NCBI GenBank assembly: GCA_028870845.1
Contig: JAGWOR010000002.1
Location: 51,624-115,623, forward strand
Source of the DNA: Gammaproteobacteria bacterium
GTDB taxonomy: Bacteria > Pseudomonadota > Gammaproteobacteria > Natronospirales > REEB76
Reading direction: 5' to 3'
Length of the DNA stretch: 64,000 nucleotides
The translations under genes and the position numbers were made by a program. Under the pieces are notes generated by a model. The model did not search any database. It was not told the DNA's origin and was given only the letters and a program-made list of their open reading frames with translations. Shown here piece after piece: positions 53,692 through 64,000 of this stretch (positions within the stretch are counted from its first letter, which is position 1; every line of letters starts with the position of its first letter).

Positions 53692-55131
53692 ATGTTCACA
53701 TTGCCCAGCCTGACTCAAGTCATACCGGAAATGTTTGTTCTGGGAATGGGCTGTTTCATCCTGGTGATCGATGCGTTCATCAGTGACAGGCTACGATCAA
53801 TCAGCTACTGGCTGTCGCTGGCGAGCGTGGCGGCGACCGCCTGGCTGACGGTAACCGTCGCCCAAAATGCCGGTCTGCTGACATTCGATGACATGTTCGT
53901 GAATGACAGCATGGGCAACGTGCTTAAATTGTTCACCTATCTGGTGGTGGCGCTTACCTTCCTGTATTCACGCAGCTATTTGAAGGATCGCAGCCTCTTC
54001 AAGGGTGAATTTTACGTACTTGGCTTGTTCGGCATGCTTGGAATGATGGTGATGATTTCGGCGCACAATTTCATCACCATCTATTTGGGCCTGGAACTGC
54101 TTTCCTTGTCGCTGTATGCAATGGTGGCATTGGATCGGGACTCTCCAGTGGCATCAGAGGCGGCCATGAAGTATTTCGTGCTCGGCGCGATAGCATCCGG
54201 CACATTACTGTACGGCATGTCATTGCTCTACGGTGTTACCGGAACACTGGATCTGACCCGCCTGGGCATGCATATAGCGGAATCCGCCAGCATAAACATC
54301 AGCGTCATGTTGGCGCTCGGGTTTATCATTGTTGGCTTGTGTTTCAAGCTGGGCGCAGTTCCATTTCATATGTGGTTGCCGGATGTATATGAAGGCGCCA
54401 GCACGCCCGTCACCATGTATATTGGTTCGGCGCCGAAAATCGCGGCTTTTGCGCTATTTATGCGGCTGCTAGTTGCGGGCTTGGGTGGCTTGCATGTTGA
54501 ATGGCATGTCATCCTGACGGTACTCGCAATACTCTCAATGGGCATCGGCAGCATTGTTGCAATCGTGCAAACCAACCTGAAACGACTGCTGGCATATTCA
54601 ACTATTTCCCACGTGGGTTTTGTGCTCTTGGGAATACTGACCGGCACCACCGAAGGTTATCGGGCCGCCATGTTCTACGTGGTCACTTACGTGATCATGT
54701 CCACGGCAGCGTTTGGCATGATTATCCTGCTGGCGCGCAAGGGATTTGAGGCCGATAGGCTCGAAGATTTCAAGGGTTTGAACGACCGCAGCCCGTGGTT
54801 TGCAGCCATGATGCTCACGGTCATGTTCGGCATGGCCGGTGTACCGCCTTTTGTAGGTTTTTTCGCCAAGCTGTACGTATTGCGCGCGGTAATAGATATC
54901 GGCATGTGGTGGCTGGCGTTAGTGGCAGTAATATTTGCATTGATCAGTGCTTACTATTACCTAAAAGTTGTCAAATTGATGTACTTTGACAGGGCCCCAC
55001 GGGATGCCAAACCCATCCAGGCTGACTATGACGTGCGCTGGGTGCTGTCCGGCAATGGGCTTGCGATTCTGTTGTTGGGTATCATGCCTGGTCCGCTGAT
55101 GGCGCTGTGCGCCAGAGTCATTACCTTTTAA
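53692..55131 (+). CDS. nuoN: NADH-quinone oxidoreductase subunit N
   Basis: EAAMKYF, FKLGAVPFHMWLPDVYEG, KRLLAYSTISH, YYYLKVV. Confidence 0.98.
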   Translation: MFTLPSLTQVIPEMFVLGMGCFILVIDAFISDRLRSISYWLSLASVAATAWLTVTVAQNAGLLTFDDMFVNDSMGNVLKLFTYLVVALTFLYSRSYLKDRSLFKGEFYVLGLFGMLGMMVMISAHNFITIYLGLELLSLSLYAMVALDRDSPVASEAAMKYFVLGAIASGTLLYGMSLLYGVTGTLDLTRLGMHIAESASINISVMLALGFIIVGLCFKLGAVPFHMWLPDVYEGASTPVTMYIGSAPKIAAFALFMRLLVAGLGGLHVEWHVILTVLAILSMGIGSIVAIVQTNLKRLLAYSTISHVGFVLLGILTGTTEGYRAAMFYVVTYVIMSTAAFGMIILLARKGFEADRLEDFKGLNDRSPWFAAMMLTVMFGMAGVPPFVGFFAKLYVLRAVIDIGMWWLALVAVIFALISAYYYLKVVKLMYFDRAPRDAKPIQADYDVRWVLSGNGLAILLLGIMPGPLMALCARVITF

Positions 55132-55176
55132 TGGCCTGAAAACCCGCAAAATTCCCCGTGATTGCCGGGTTTTGGC

Positions 55177-55205
55177 TTGAAATGGCACCCATGGTCCTAT
55201 ATATT
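55177..55205 (+). promoter_or_regulatory. Sigma70 promoter for tRNA-fMet-rimP-nusA
   Basis: TTGAAA-N17-TATATT. Confidence 0.6.
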
Positions 55206-55219
55206 CACGTGCTGCCCGG

Positions 55220-55296
55220 TGCGGGGTGGAGCAGTCTGGCAGCTCGTCGGGCTCATAACCCGAAGGTCGCAGGTTCAAATCCTGCCCCCGCTACCA
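55220..55296 (+). tRNA. Initiator tRNA-fMet (CAT)
   Basis: Three G-C pairs in the anticodon stem (GGG-CTCATAA-CCC), unpaired 1:72, encoded CCA; upstream of rimP like metY. Confidence 0.97.
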
Positions 55297-55423
55297 AAGA
55301 TCCAGGATTTGGGCCCCGCGCAGGGGCTTTTTAGTCTCAGATACCGATGAGGACAGCTCTGAAGCCGGGGATTCCGGGGGAGTGTCCTAGTTCAAAGCCC
55401 TGCGAATCTGCGGGGTAAAACGG

Positions 55424-55447
55424 AATGGGCCTCAGGCCCATTTTTTG
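55424..55447 (+). promoter_or_regulatory. rimP leader terminator hairpin
   Basis: AATGGGCC-TCA-GGCCCATT plus T run just before the rimP start. Confidence 0.75.
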
Positions 55448-55462
55448 TTTGTGCGAAACAAC

Positions 55463-55897
55463 ATGCGCGAGAAACTGCTGGCACTTTTGGAACCTGCCGT
55501 CGAGGCACTGGGATACGAACTGGTGGAATTGGAGTTCCATAACGGCTTGTTGCGCTTATATATCGACCGCCCCGAAGGCGTGACCCTGGACGACTGCCAG
55601 AAGGTCAGCCAGCAGGTTGGCGCGGTGTTGGATGTAGAGGACCCAATTCCAGGCGCCTATACGCTGGAAGTTTCCTCGCCGGGTTTGGACAGGCCGCTGC
55701 GTAAGCTGCTGGATTTCAAACAGCACGAGGGTCAGCGGGTACGCATTGAATTGCTGCTGCCGATCGATGGACGCCGGCGGTTTTCTGGAATGCTGCGGGG
55801 ACTGGAGTCGGATCAGGTCTTGATCGAGGTGGATGGCGCCCTTTGCCGCCTGCCATTTAGCCAGATCGGCAAGGCGCGATTGATGCCGGAATTTTAA
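55463..55897 (+). CDS. rimP: Ribosome maturation factor RimP
   Basis: LRLYID...[22 protein letters not shown]. Confidence 0.97.
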   Translation: MREKLLALLEPAVEALGYELVELEFHNGLLRLYIDRPEGVTLDDCQKVSQQVGAVLDVEDPIPGAYTLEVSSPGLDRPLRKLLDFKQHEGQRVRIELLLPIDGRRRFSGMLRGLESDQVLIEVDGALCRLPFSQIGKARLMPEF

Positions 55898-55922
55898 ATG
55901 CACTTTACTGGACGTGAAGGTT

Positions 55923-57428
55923 ATGAATAAAGAGATATTGCTGGTTGTGGACGCGGTTTCAAACGAGAAAGGCGTCGACAAAAACGTTATCTTCGAGGCA
56001 CTTGAGGCAGCTCTGGCCTCCGCTACCCGCAAAAAGCACGGCGGGGAAATCGATGCGCGCGTCTCCATAGACCGGCAGACCGGTGAATACAAAACATTCA
56101 GGCGCTGGCAGGTGAAGGCCGATGACGAAATACTGGAATCACCGGAGCGTGAGCTTCGCCTGATGGATGCTGTTGAGGTTAAATCCGATATTCAGGTGGG
56201 CGAATATATCGAGGAGCCGATAGAGTCGGTGGCATTCGGGCGCATCGCAGCACAAACCGCCAAGCAGGTTATCGTCCAGAAAGTACGTGAAGCGGAGCGG
56301 GCGCAGGTCGTAGAAGCATACAAAGACCGGGTCGGCGAACTGGTCACCGGGGTAGTGAAGCGCGTCGAACGCGGCAATGTTTACATTGACCTGGGTAATA
56401 ATGCCGAGGCATTCATCGCACGCGAGGAAATGATTCCGCGCGAAGCCGTGCGTACCAATGACCGCATTCGCGGTTATTTGCGTGAAGTTCGCGCCGAACT
56501 TCGAGGCCCACAGTTGTTCGTAACCCGGACAGCTCCGCAATTCCTGATCGAGCTTTTCAAGCTCGAGGTACCGGAAGTCGGCCAGGGGCTGATTGAGATC
56601 AAGGGTGCGGCTCGCGACCCAGGCGCGCGCGCCAAAGTGGCCGTCAAGAGCAACGATTCTAGGATTGACCCGGTGGGCGCCTGCGTCGGCATGCGCGGTT
56701 CACGGGTTCAAGCGGTCTCCAACGAACTTGCGGGCGAGCGGGTAGATATCGTGCCATGGGATGAGAATCCGGCACAGTTTGTCATCAATGCCATGTCGCC
56801 AGCGGAAGTGCAGTCCATCGTCATGGATGAGGAGTCGCACAGCATGGATATCGCCGTATCAGAAGACAATCTGTCCAAGGCCATAGGCAGAGGCGGTCAA
56901 AACGTACGGCTTGCGAGCCAGTTAAGCGGATGGGAATTGAATGTCATGACCCAGGAACAGGCCACTCAGAAGAGCGAGGCGGAAGTGCAGACCCTGCAGA
57001 AGCTGTTTATGGAACAGCTGGATGTAGATGAAAACGTCGCCATGATCCTGGTGCAGGAGGGCTTTTCCAGCATTGAGGAAATCGCGTATGTACCCGCTTC
57101 GGAACTGCTTTCCGTGGAGGAATTTGACGAGGGCATCGTGGAGGAATTGCGCGGCCGCGCACGCGATGTGTTGCTGACCCAGGCCATTGCCAGCGAGGAG
57201 CAGTTCGGCGATTCGGAACCCGGGGAAGACCTGTTGAACATGACTGGAATGGACAAGGCGCTGGCATACCGGCTGGCGGGCCGCGGGATCATCACCATGG
57301 AGGATCTGGCGGAACAGGCGGTGGACGACATCAAGGATGTGGAGGGGCTGGATGAAGCCAAAGCCGCTGAACTGATCATGACGGCACGCGCCCCCTGGTT
57401 TGCCGCTGAAGAGGCCCAGCAGAAGTAA
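55923..57428 (+). CDS. nusA: Transcription termination factor NusA
   Basis: [35 protein letters not shown], acidic repeats. Confidence 0.98.
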   Translation: MNKEILLVVDAVSNEKGVDKNVIFEALEAALASATRKKHGGEIDARVSIDRQTGEYKTFRRWQVKADDEILESPERELRLMDAVEVKSDIQVGEYIEEPIESVAFGRIAAQTAKQVIVQKVREAERAQVVEAYKDRVGELVTGVVKRVERGNVYIDLGNNAEAFIAREEMIPREAVRTNDRIRGYLREVRAELRGPQLFVTRTAPQFLIELFKLEVPEVGQGLIEIKGAARDPGARAKVAVKSNDSRIDPVGACVGMRGSRVQAVSNELAGERVDIVPWDENPAQFVINAMSPAEVQSIVMDEESHSMDIAVSEDNLSKAIGRGGQNVRLASQLSGWELNVMTQEQATQKSEAEVQTLQKLFMEQLDVDENVAMILVQEGFSSIEEIAYVPASELLSVEEFDEGIVEELRGRARDVLLTQAIASEEQFGDSEPGEDLLNMTGMDKALAYRLAGRGIITMEDLAEQAVDDIKDVEGLDEAKAAELIMTARAPWFAAEEAQQK

Positions 57429-57448
57429 GACAGCCGAGGAATGCAGCG

Positions 57449-59959
57449 ATGGCGGAAGTAACAGTAAGGCAATTTGCGGAGGTGGTGGGAACACCGGTCG
57501 AACGGCTGCTCACGCAGCTGGCGGATGCCGGTATTCAAATAACCGATCCGGATATTGCCATCAGCGATGACCAGAAACTGCAGTTGCTTACCCACTTGCG
57601 TAATAGCCATGGTGAGGGAGGAACTGGCGAGCCACGCAAAATTACTCTGAAGCGGCGCACGGTATCTGAAATAAAACTCAGCGGTGTGCAAGGCCGCGCG
57701 AAAACGGTGAGTGTCGAGGTTCGCAAGAAACGCACATATGTGAAGCGCAGCGCGGTTCTTGAGGAAGAAGCCAAACGCCGATCCGAGGAAGAAGCTGCAC
57801 AGCAAGCTGAATTGGAGCTGAAACGCGCCGAGGAAGAGCGTCTGTCCGCCAGCCGCGCAGAAATGCAGGCAGCCGAAGAGGAGGCTAATCGCCGCAAACT
57901 GGAGGAAGAAGCACTTCGCCGGCAACAGGAGGAGGCATCAGCCAAGGCCGATGCTGAAAGGCGTAAAGCTGAGGCGGAGGCCAGGCGCGAGAGCGAAGAG
58001 GAAGACCGCAGGATGCGCGCCGCACTGCCACGCAACAAGGCGCAACCTACGGGTGCCGCAACAGACGACCGCCACACCAAATACGGCAGAGCCGAATTGC
58101 ACGTTGGCCAGGAACTGTCCACCCGGCGCAGAAAAAAGCCGGCCAAGACCAGATCCACACTGAATATCCAGGTTGAGAGCAAGCACGGCTTTGAAAAGCC
58201 GGTCGCCCCGCAGGTACGTGAAGTCTCAATCCCTGAGACCATCACAGTCGGCGATCTTGCCCAGCGCATGGCGGTGAAGGCCACGGAAGTCATCAAGGTC
58301 ATGATGAACATGGGAGCAATGGCGACCATTAACCAGGTCATTGACCAGGAGACTGCGGCCATCGTCGTCGATGAAATGGGGCACAAAGCAAAATTCCTGA
58401 AGGAAAATGACCTTGAAGAACAGGTTATGCAGGTGGTACAGGAAGGCGACGAAGTCGCGCGTGCCCCGGTAGTCACCATCGTGGGTCACGTTGACCACGG
58501 CAAAACTTCGTTGCTTGATTACATCCGCAGCACGCGCGTTGCCTCACGCGAGGCCGGGGGGATTACCCAGCATATCGGCGCCTACAGGGTGGATACCAAA
58601 AAGGGAGTCATCACTTTCCTGGATACCCCGGGCCATGCGGCATTCACGGCTATGCGTGCGCGCGGCGCCAATGTGGCGGATATCGTGGTCCTGGTGGTGG
58701 CAGCGGACGACGGGGTCATGCCACAAACCATCGAAGCCATCCAGCATGCCCGTGCTGCCAAGGTACCCATCGTCGTGGCGATCACCAAGATCGATAAGCC
58801 TGAGGCGGATTTGGAGCGTGTGCGCAGCGAACTGGCGAAGCACGAGATCATCACCGAAGAATGGGGAGGTGAGAACATCTTTGTCAAAGTATCCTCCAAG
58901 ACCGGCGAAGGGGTGGATACCCTGCTTGATTCGATCCTGGTGCAGGCGGAAGTGCTGGAACTGAAAGCCGTCGATTCCGGACCAGCCACGGGTTACGTTC
59001 TGGAATCAAGTCTGGAAAAAGGCCGTGGACCGGTGGCAACTGTGCTGGTACAGCGGGGCCTGCTCAAGCTCGGCGATATATTGCTTACCGGCCAGGAATT
59101 CGGCCGGGTTCGCGCCATGTTCGACGAAGATGGCAATGTACTGGAACAGGCTGGACCTGCGACTCCGGCACTGGTACTCGGTCTGTCAGGGACACCGAAT
59201 GCAGGCGACGAAGCTGTGGTGGTTTCAGATGAACGCAAGGCGCGGGAAGTGGCGCTTTACCGCCAGGGTAAGTTCCGCGATGTGAAACTCGCTCGCCAGA
59301 CCACAAAACTTGATGAAGCTTTCCAGCAAATGCAAGAAGGTGAGCAGAAATCCCTGAATGTGCTCATCAAGTCGGATGTACAGGGCAGTGCCGAAGCGCT
59401 CAGCAACGCACTTAGCAGCCTGTCCACGGATGAAGTCAAAGTGAAGGTGATTGCCAGCGGTGTTGGCGGCATTACCGAGTCCGATGTCAATCTGGCTTTG
59501 GCATCCAAAGCGGTGATCGTAGGATTCAATGTGCGAGCCGATAACAGCGCGCGCCGGATCATCAATGATACCGGCCTGGACGTGCGCTACTACAGCATCA
59601 TTTATGAAGCAATTGATGATGTTAAACAAGCCATCAGCGGATTGCTCAAACCCGAGCAGCGAGAGCAGATTGTAGGATTGGCCGAAGTCCGCGAAGTGTT
59701 CCGTTCGTCCAAACTAGGAGCCATCGCGGGTTGCCTTGTTGTCGATGGGTATGTGAAACGCAATTTGCCTATACGTGTATTGAGAAAAAATGTGGTGGTT
59801 TTCGAGGGTGCGCTGGAGTCCCTGCGCAGGTTCAAGGATGACGTAAATGAGGTCAGAGCCGGTACAGAATGCGGAATCGGCGTCAAAGAATATAACGATG
59901 TTCAACCTGAAGACCAGATTGAATGTTTTGAGCGTGTCGAAATTGCACGCACACTCTGA
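57449..59959 (+). CDS. infB: Translation initiation factor IF-2
   Basis: [32 protein letters not shown]. Confidence 0.99.
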   Translation: MAEVTVRQFAEVVGTPVERLLTQLADAGIQITDPDIAISDDQKLQLLTHLRNSHGEGGTGEPRKITLKRRTVSEIKLSGVQGRAKTVSVEVRKKRTYVKRSAVLEEEAKRRSEEEAAQQAELELKRAEEERLSASRAEMQAAEEEANRRKLEEEALRRQQEEASAKADAERRKAEAEARRESEEEDRRMRAALPRNKAQPTGAATDDRHTKYGRAELHVGQELSTRRRKKPAKTRSTLNIQVESKHGFEKPVAPQVREVSIPETITVGDLAQRMAVKATEVIKVMMNMGAMATINQVIDQETAAIVVDEMGHKAKFLKENDLEEQVMQVVQEGDEVARAPVVTIVGHVDHGKTSLLDYIRSTRVASREAGGITQHIGAYRVDTKKGVITFLDTPGHAAFTAMRARGANVADIVVLVVAADDGVMPQTIEAIQHARAAKVPIVVAITKIDKPEADLERVRSELAKHEIITEEWGGENIFVKVSSKTGEGVDTLLDSILVQAEVLELKAVDSGPATGYVLESSLEKGRGPVATVLVQRGLLKLGDILLTGQEFGRVRAMFDEDGNVLEQAGPATPALVLGLSGTPNAGDEAVVVSDERKAREVALYRQGKFRDVKLARQTTKLDEAFQQMQEGEQKSLNVLIKSDVQGSAEALSNALSSLSTDEVKVKVIASGVGGITESDVNLALASKAVIVGFNVRADNSARRIINDTGLDVRYYSIIYEAIDDVKQAISGLLKPEQREQIVGLAEVREVFRSSKLGAIAGCLVVDGYVKRNLPIRVLRKNVVVFEGALESLRRFKDDVNEVRAGTECGIGVKEYNDVQPEDQIECFERVEIARTL

Positions 59960-59982
59960 CGCTAAAGCGCGGGAATCGCAGC

Positions 59983-60360
59983 ATGCCACGTGAATATCAA
60001 CGATCTAGCCGTGTGGCCCAGCAATTGCAACGTGAACTGTCTGATTTGATACGCAGGCAGATCAAGGATCCGCGGGTTCATATGGTTACGATCACACAGG
60101 TTGACGTATCGCCTGATTTGAAAAATGCAAAGATTTTATTTTCGGTTCTGGGAGCGGAATCCCCCCAGCCTGAAGCGGCGGCAGCGCTTAATCATGCAGC
60201 TGGTTTTCTGCGCCATGCGCTCGGACGTATTTTAAGGCTCCGCAGCATACCCGAACTCCATTTTATATATGATGATTCCATGGATCGCGCCGCCCACTTG
60301 GACGCCCTGATCAAGAAAGCGAATGCAGATTCACACAATTGGCAAAAGAAAACTCAATGA
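59983..60360 (+). CDS. rbfA: Ribosome-binding factor A
   Basis: R..RVA, KDPR, SPDL..AK, LR..PEL.F..D.S. Confidence 0.96.
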   Translation: MPREYQRSSRVAQQLQRELSDLIRRQIKDPRVHMVTITQVDVSPDLKNAKILFSVLGAESPQPEAAAALNHAAGFLRHALGRILRLRSIPELHFIYDDSMDRAAHLDALIKKANADSHNWQKKTQ

Positions 60361-61313
60361 AAGCCTTGGTTTCAGAGCGCCAAATAGCAAATGAAACGCG
60401 TAGTTCTGGCAAACCCGCGGGTATCAAGCGGAACGTAAACGGGGTACTGCTGCTGGATAAGCCGGTTGGCATGACCTCAAACCAGGCATTGCAGACTGTC
60501 AAGGCAATATATAAAGCACGCAAAGCGGGCCACACGGGCAGCCTGGACCCGCTGGCAAGCGGCTTATTGCCCATTTGTTTTGGCGAGGCCACCAAGATTT
60601 CCGGATTTCTGCTGGATGCGGACAAGGAATATGCAGTTGAATGCAAACTTGGCGCGCGCACTGATACCGGCGATGCCGAAGGCAGGATTCTTGAGACTGG
60701 CACTGTACCGACGCTTGACCGGGATTACATCCTGAAGGTATTCAGCCGGTTTCATGGTGGCATTACCCAGATTCCGCCAATGTACTCGGCTATCAAGCAT
60801 CAGGGTCAAAGGCTTTATGACCTGGCTCGGGAAGGAATCGTGGTACCGCGTGAACCCCGCAAAATCTTCATCCATGCTCTGGAGCTGTCCGGTTATTCTA
60901 ATGACAGTCTTGCGTTCAATGTGCGCTGCTCCAAGGGCACCTATGTGCGCACGCTTGCCGAGGATGTCGCGCGTGAACTGGGTTGCCTGGCTTACGTGAA
61001 TGCATTGCGCCGCATCTCAGTCGGCGAGTACCGCAGCATGTACTCTTTGGATGAAGTGCGTCATTTTTCCCAGATTGGCTTCTCTGCGCTGGATAATCTG
61101 CTAATGCCGATTGATAGCGCATTAAACGACTGGTCAAAAGTTCAACTGGGCGCTGAAGCGGTTTGGTATTTTCAGCGAGGGCAGGCGGTTATGGCGCCTG
61201 GAGCACCCACTGATGGCTGGGTATGCGTGTACGGTAACGGCCGGTTCCTGGGAATAGCGGAAGTTCTGTCGGATGGCAGAATAACTCCGCGCAGACTGCT
61301 GGAAACCGGCTGA
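60357..61313 (+). CDS. truB: tRNA pseudouridine(55) synthase
   Basis: LLDKP.G.TSN, KAGHTGSLDPLASG, PPMYSA.K, CSKGTYVR. Confidence 0.97.
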   Translation: MKALVSERQIANETRSSGKPAGIKRNVNGVLLLDKPVGMTSNQALQTVKAIYKARKAGHTGSLDPLASGLLPICFGEATKISGFLLDADKEYAVECKLGARTDTGDAEGRILETGTVPTLDRDYILKVFSRFHGGITQIPPMYSAIKHQGQRLYDLAREGIVVPREPRKIFIHALELSGYSNDSLAFNVRCSKGTYVRTLAEDVARELGCLAYVNALRRISVGEYRSMYSLDEVRHFSQIGFSALDNLLMPIDSALNDWSKVQLGAEAVWYFQRGQAVMAPGAPTDGWVCVYGNGRFLGIAEVLSDGRITPRRLLETG

Positions 61314-61341
61314 AAATCAGCAGTCTCGTTCGGATTTTTAC

Positions 61342-61370
61342 TTGTGGGGCCAAGATAGCGCGATTACAAT
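61342..61370 (+). promoter_or_regulatory. Candidate sigma70 promoter for rpsO-pnp
   Basis: TTGTGG-N17-TACAAT. Confidence 0.45.
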
Positions 61371-61415
61371 ATGCACCAAATTTAACATCTAAATACTGAG
61401 TGGAGTTTAATGTTT

Positions 61416-61685
61416 ATGGCATTTACCGTTGAGAAAAAGCAGGAAATTATCGCCGCCTTTCGTCGTGATCCAAAGGATACCGGCTCACCTGAAGTCCAGG
61501 TCGCATTGCTCTCGGCACGTATCGATGGATTGAGCGGCCACTTTGACCTGCACAAAAAAGACCATCACAGCAGGCGTGGCCTGCTTAAAATGGTCAACCA
61601 GAGACGTAAGCTGCTTGATTACCTTAAAAATACTGATCAAACACGCTATGAATCCCTGATTGACCGTCTGGGCTTGCGTCGTTGA
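61416..61685 (+). CDS. rpsO: 30S ribosomal protein S15
   Basis: [29 protein letters not shown]. Confidence 0.99.
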   Translation: MAFTVEKKQEIIAAFRRDPKDTGSPEVQVALLSARIDGLSGHFDLHKKDHHSRRGLLKMVNQRRKLLDYLKNTDQTRYESLIDRLGLRR

Positions 61686-61748
61686 CAGGTACATGCACTC
61701 CGGCTGCGCAGTGTTCCTTTTTATCTCATTATCTATAAAGGCTTCACA

Positions 61749-63836
61749 GTGACTGTATACAAAAAAAGTTTTCAATACGGCGAACATACCCTGAGCTTAG
61801 AAACTGGTGAAATCGCGCGTCAAGCAGATGGCGCTGTACTGGTGAACATGGCGGATACCGTGGTGATCGTTACCGCGGTTGGATCAAGGTCGGTTGTCGA
61901 AGGCCGTGATTTCTTTCCATTGACAGTCAACTACCAGGAAAAAACCTATGCCGCAGGCAAAATACCCGGTGGTTTTTTCAAACGTGAAGGCCGTCCAAGC
62001 GAAAAAGAAACGCTCACATCCCGTCTTATCGATAGACCGCTACGCCCGCTTTTTCCAAAAAACTTCTACAATGAAGTACAGGTTGTGGCCACTGTTATAT
62101 CTGTAAACCCTGATATCGATCCGGATGTTCCTGCGATGATCGGTGCTTCAGCCGCACTCGCAATCTCAGGTATTCCTTTCATGGGACCGATTAGCGGAGC
62201 GCGCGTTGGCTACAGCAATGGACGGTATATCCTGAATCCCACCAAGACCCAGCTTCTGACTTCCGATCTGGATCTGGTTGTGGCAGGAACCGAAAAAGCC
62301 GTGCTGATGGTGGAATCTGAGGCCAAATGTCTGCCGGAAGATGTCATGCTGGAAGCCGTGATGTTCGGCCACAAGCATATGCAAACCGCCATACAAGCCA
62401 TTCAGGAACTGGCAAAACAGGCAGCGAAACCGGCGTGGGACTGGAAACCTGCGGAAAAGGACAAAGGCCTGGCTGCTGCGGTAGCCACAGAAGCTGAAAG
62501 CGTATTGCGAGAGGCTTACCAAATACCGGAAAAGCAGCTGCGCTACGCACGAATAGAAGAAATCCGCCAGGCTGTTCTGGTAAATCTTACGCAGAGCGGC
62601 GAATCCAAATGGCCGGAAAACCTGGTCAGCAACGCGTTCGCAGACCTGGAAAGAAAAATTGTGCGCAATCGTATTCTGGAGGGCAACCCTCGCATCGATG
62701 GCCGTGATACAAGGAGCGTACGTCCGATCGCCATCCGTGTCGGAGTGCTGCCACGCACCCATGGCTCAGCATTGTTTACCCGTGGCGAGACCCAGGCGCT
62801 GGTTGTAACCACCTTGGGTACCGGCCGCGATGCACAAATCATTGATGCCATTGAGGGCGAGCGCAAAGAGCCGTTCATGCTGCATTACAACTTTCCCCCA
62901 TATTCGGTCGGTGAAGTGGGTATGATGGGCTCGCCCAAACGCCGGGAAATCGGCCATGGCCGCCTGGCCAAGCGCGGTATCCAGGCAGTAATGCCGGATA
63001 TGAGCAGCTATCCGTATGTCATCCGGGTGGTGTCAGAAATCACTGAATCAAATGGTTCCAGTTCCATGGCGAGTGTTTGCGGCACAAGCTTGTCGCTCAT
63101 GGATGCCGGCGTGCCATTGAAGTCGCCAGTCGCTGGCGTAGCCATGGGGCTCATAAAGGAAGACAGCAAATTTGCGGTACTGACGGATATCCTGGGCGAT
63201 GAAGATCACCTTGGTGACATGGATTTCAAAGTAGCCGGCACCTCTGAAGGTGTGACTGCGCTGCAAATGGATATCAAAATCGACGGTATTACCCGAGAAA
63301 TCATGCAAGCTGCATTGTCACAGGCGCATGAAGGCCGTATCCATATACTAGGAAAAATGAATGAGGTGCTTGACCATCCACGCGCAGAACTTTCTGAATT
63401 CGCGCCTAGAATCATTACCATCAAGATTCATCCAGACAAAATCAGGGATGTCATTGGCAAGGGCGGTGCGGTGATTCGTGCGTTAACCGAAGAGACTGGC
63501 ACGACAATCGACATTGAAGATGATGGCACAGTCAAAATCGCTTCTGTGGACAAAGCGGCTGGAGAGGCGGCCCGTAAACGCATCGAGGACATCACAGCCG
63601 AAGTTGAAGTCGGCCGGATCTATCAAGGCAAAGTCGCCAAACTCATGGATTTTGGTGCATTTGTAACTATCCTGCCCGGGCGAGACGGCCTGGTGCACAT
63701 ATCGCAAATATCGGAAGAACGTGTCGAGAAAGTAAGTGATAAACTTTCTGAGGGCGATGTCATCAAGGTGAAAGTTCTGGAGGTGGATAAGCAGGGACGT
63801 ATCCGGCTGAGCATGAAAGCAGTAGATGTGGTTTAA
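61749..63836 (+). CDS. pnp: Polyribonucleotide nucleotidyltransferase
   Basis: [48 protein letters not shown] and S1 domains. Confidence 0.99.
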   Translation: MTVYKKSFQYGEHTLSLETGEIARQADGAVLVNMADTVVIVTAVGSRSVVEGRDFFPLTVNYQEKTYAAGKIPGGFFKREGRPSEKETLTSRLIDRPLRPLFPKNFYNEVQVVATVISVNPDIDPDVPAMIGASAALAISGIPFMGPISGARVGYSNGRYILNPTKTQLLTSDLDLVVAGTEKAVLMVESEAKCLPEDVMLEAVMFGHKHMQTAIQAIQELAKQAAKPAWDWKPAEKDKGLAAAVATEAESVLREAYQIPEKQLRYARIEEIRQAVLVNLTQSGESKWPENLVSNAFADLERKIVRNRILEGNPRIDGRDTRSVRPIAIRVGVLPRTHGSALFTRGETQALVVTTLGTGRDAQIIDAIEGERKEPFMLHYNFPPYSVGEVGMMGSPKRREIGHGRLAKRGIQAVMPDMSSYPYVIRVVSEITESNGSSSMASVCGTSLSLMDAGVPLKSPVAGVAMGLIKEDSKFAVLTDILGDEDHLGDMDFKVAGTSEGVTALQMDIKIDGITREIMQAALSQAHEGRIHILGKMNEVLDHPRAELSEFAPRIITIKIHPDKIRDVIGKGGAVIRALTEETGTTIDIEDDGTVKIASVDKAAGEAARKRIEDITAEVEVGRIYQGKVAKLMDFGAFVTILPGRDGLVHISQISEERVEKVSDKLSEGDVIKVKVLEVDKQGRIRLSMKAVDVV

Positions 63837-64000
63837 GATTAATCCATTTGCGATAAACAAACGCGAATTAAGCGCCTAAGTATTCATGCAGGTGCCGGCA
63901 AATTCTTGGCCCGAGCCATAGTTGCGGGCGTAGAAAGGTTCCGCCCACAAAACCTACATGTCCGCCTTTTCTGCTTAATTCCAGCCTAACTGATCCAGAA

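Noticed and set aside
40503-55340. Prophage or island at tRNA-Leu or tRNA-fMet
   Set aside because: No integrase or duplicated tRNA 3' end; core genes follow directly
59960-64000. Apparently lower GC in rbfA-truB-rpsO-pnp
   Set aside because: Visual impression only; genes are intact in conserved order, with no sign of horizontal transfer
1-64000. CRISPR arrays, rRNA, IS elements, self-splicing introns, inteins
   Set aside because: No regularly spaced repeats, transposase or RT motifs, or oversized core genes were seen

Overview
Chromosomal window from a Gammaproteobacterium (about 55-60% GC by eye). From 17.9 to 64 kb it is a conserved housekeeping backbone: ssrA-smpB-ratA-rnfH-bamE-fur-recN-nadK, a CIRCE/sigma32-controlled hrcA-grpE-dnaK-dnaJ cluster, dapB-carAB-greA-rlmE-ftsH-folP-glmM-tpiA-secG-tRNA-Leu, a complete 14-gene nuoA-N operon, and tRNA-fMet-rimP-nusA-infB-rbfA-truB-rpsO-pnp. 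The left 18 kb is more variable. It holds a ppsA / 3-His 2OG-Fe(II) oxygenase / aldehyde dehydrogenase unit, ppsR, pgm, DUF1249, a lipoprotein with an internally duplicated C-x16-C domain, a coiled-coil hypothetical, prc, and a receptor-less exbB-exbD-tonB set with non-canonical membrane residues behind a long structured leader. It also holds a variant fluoride-riboswitch-like motif ahead of a high-GC MFS transporter, and collapsed type I restriction-modification remnants next to the tmRNA 3' end. No CRISPR array, rRNA, intact IS or integrase was seen. The best novelty candidates are the riboswitch variant plus MFS, the atypical Ton motor and its leader, the duplicated-domain lipoprotein and the oxygenase-ALDH pair. 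All were read by eye and need the checks listed.
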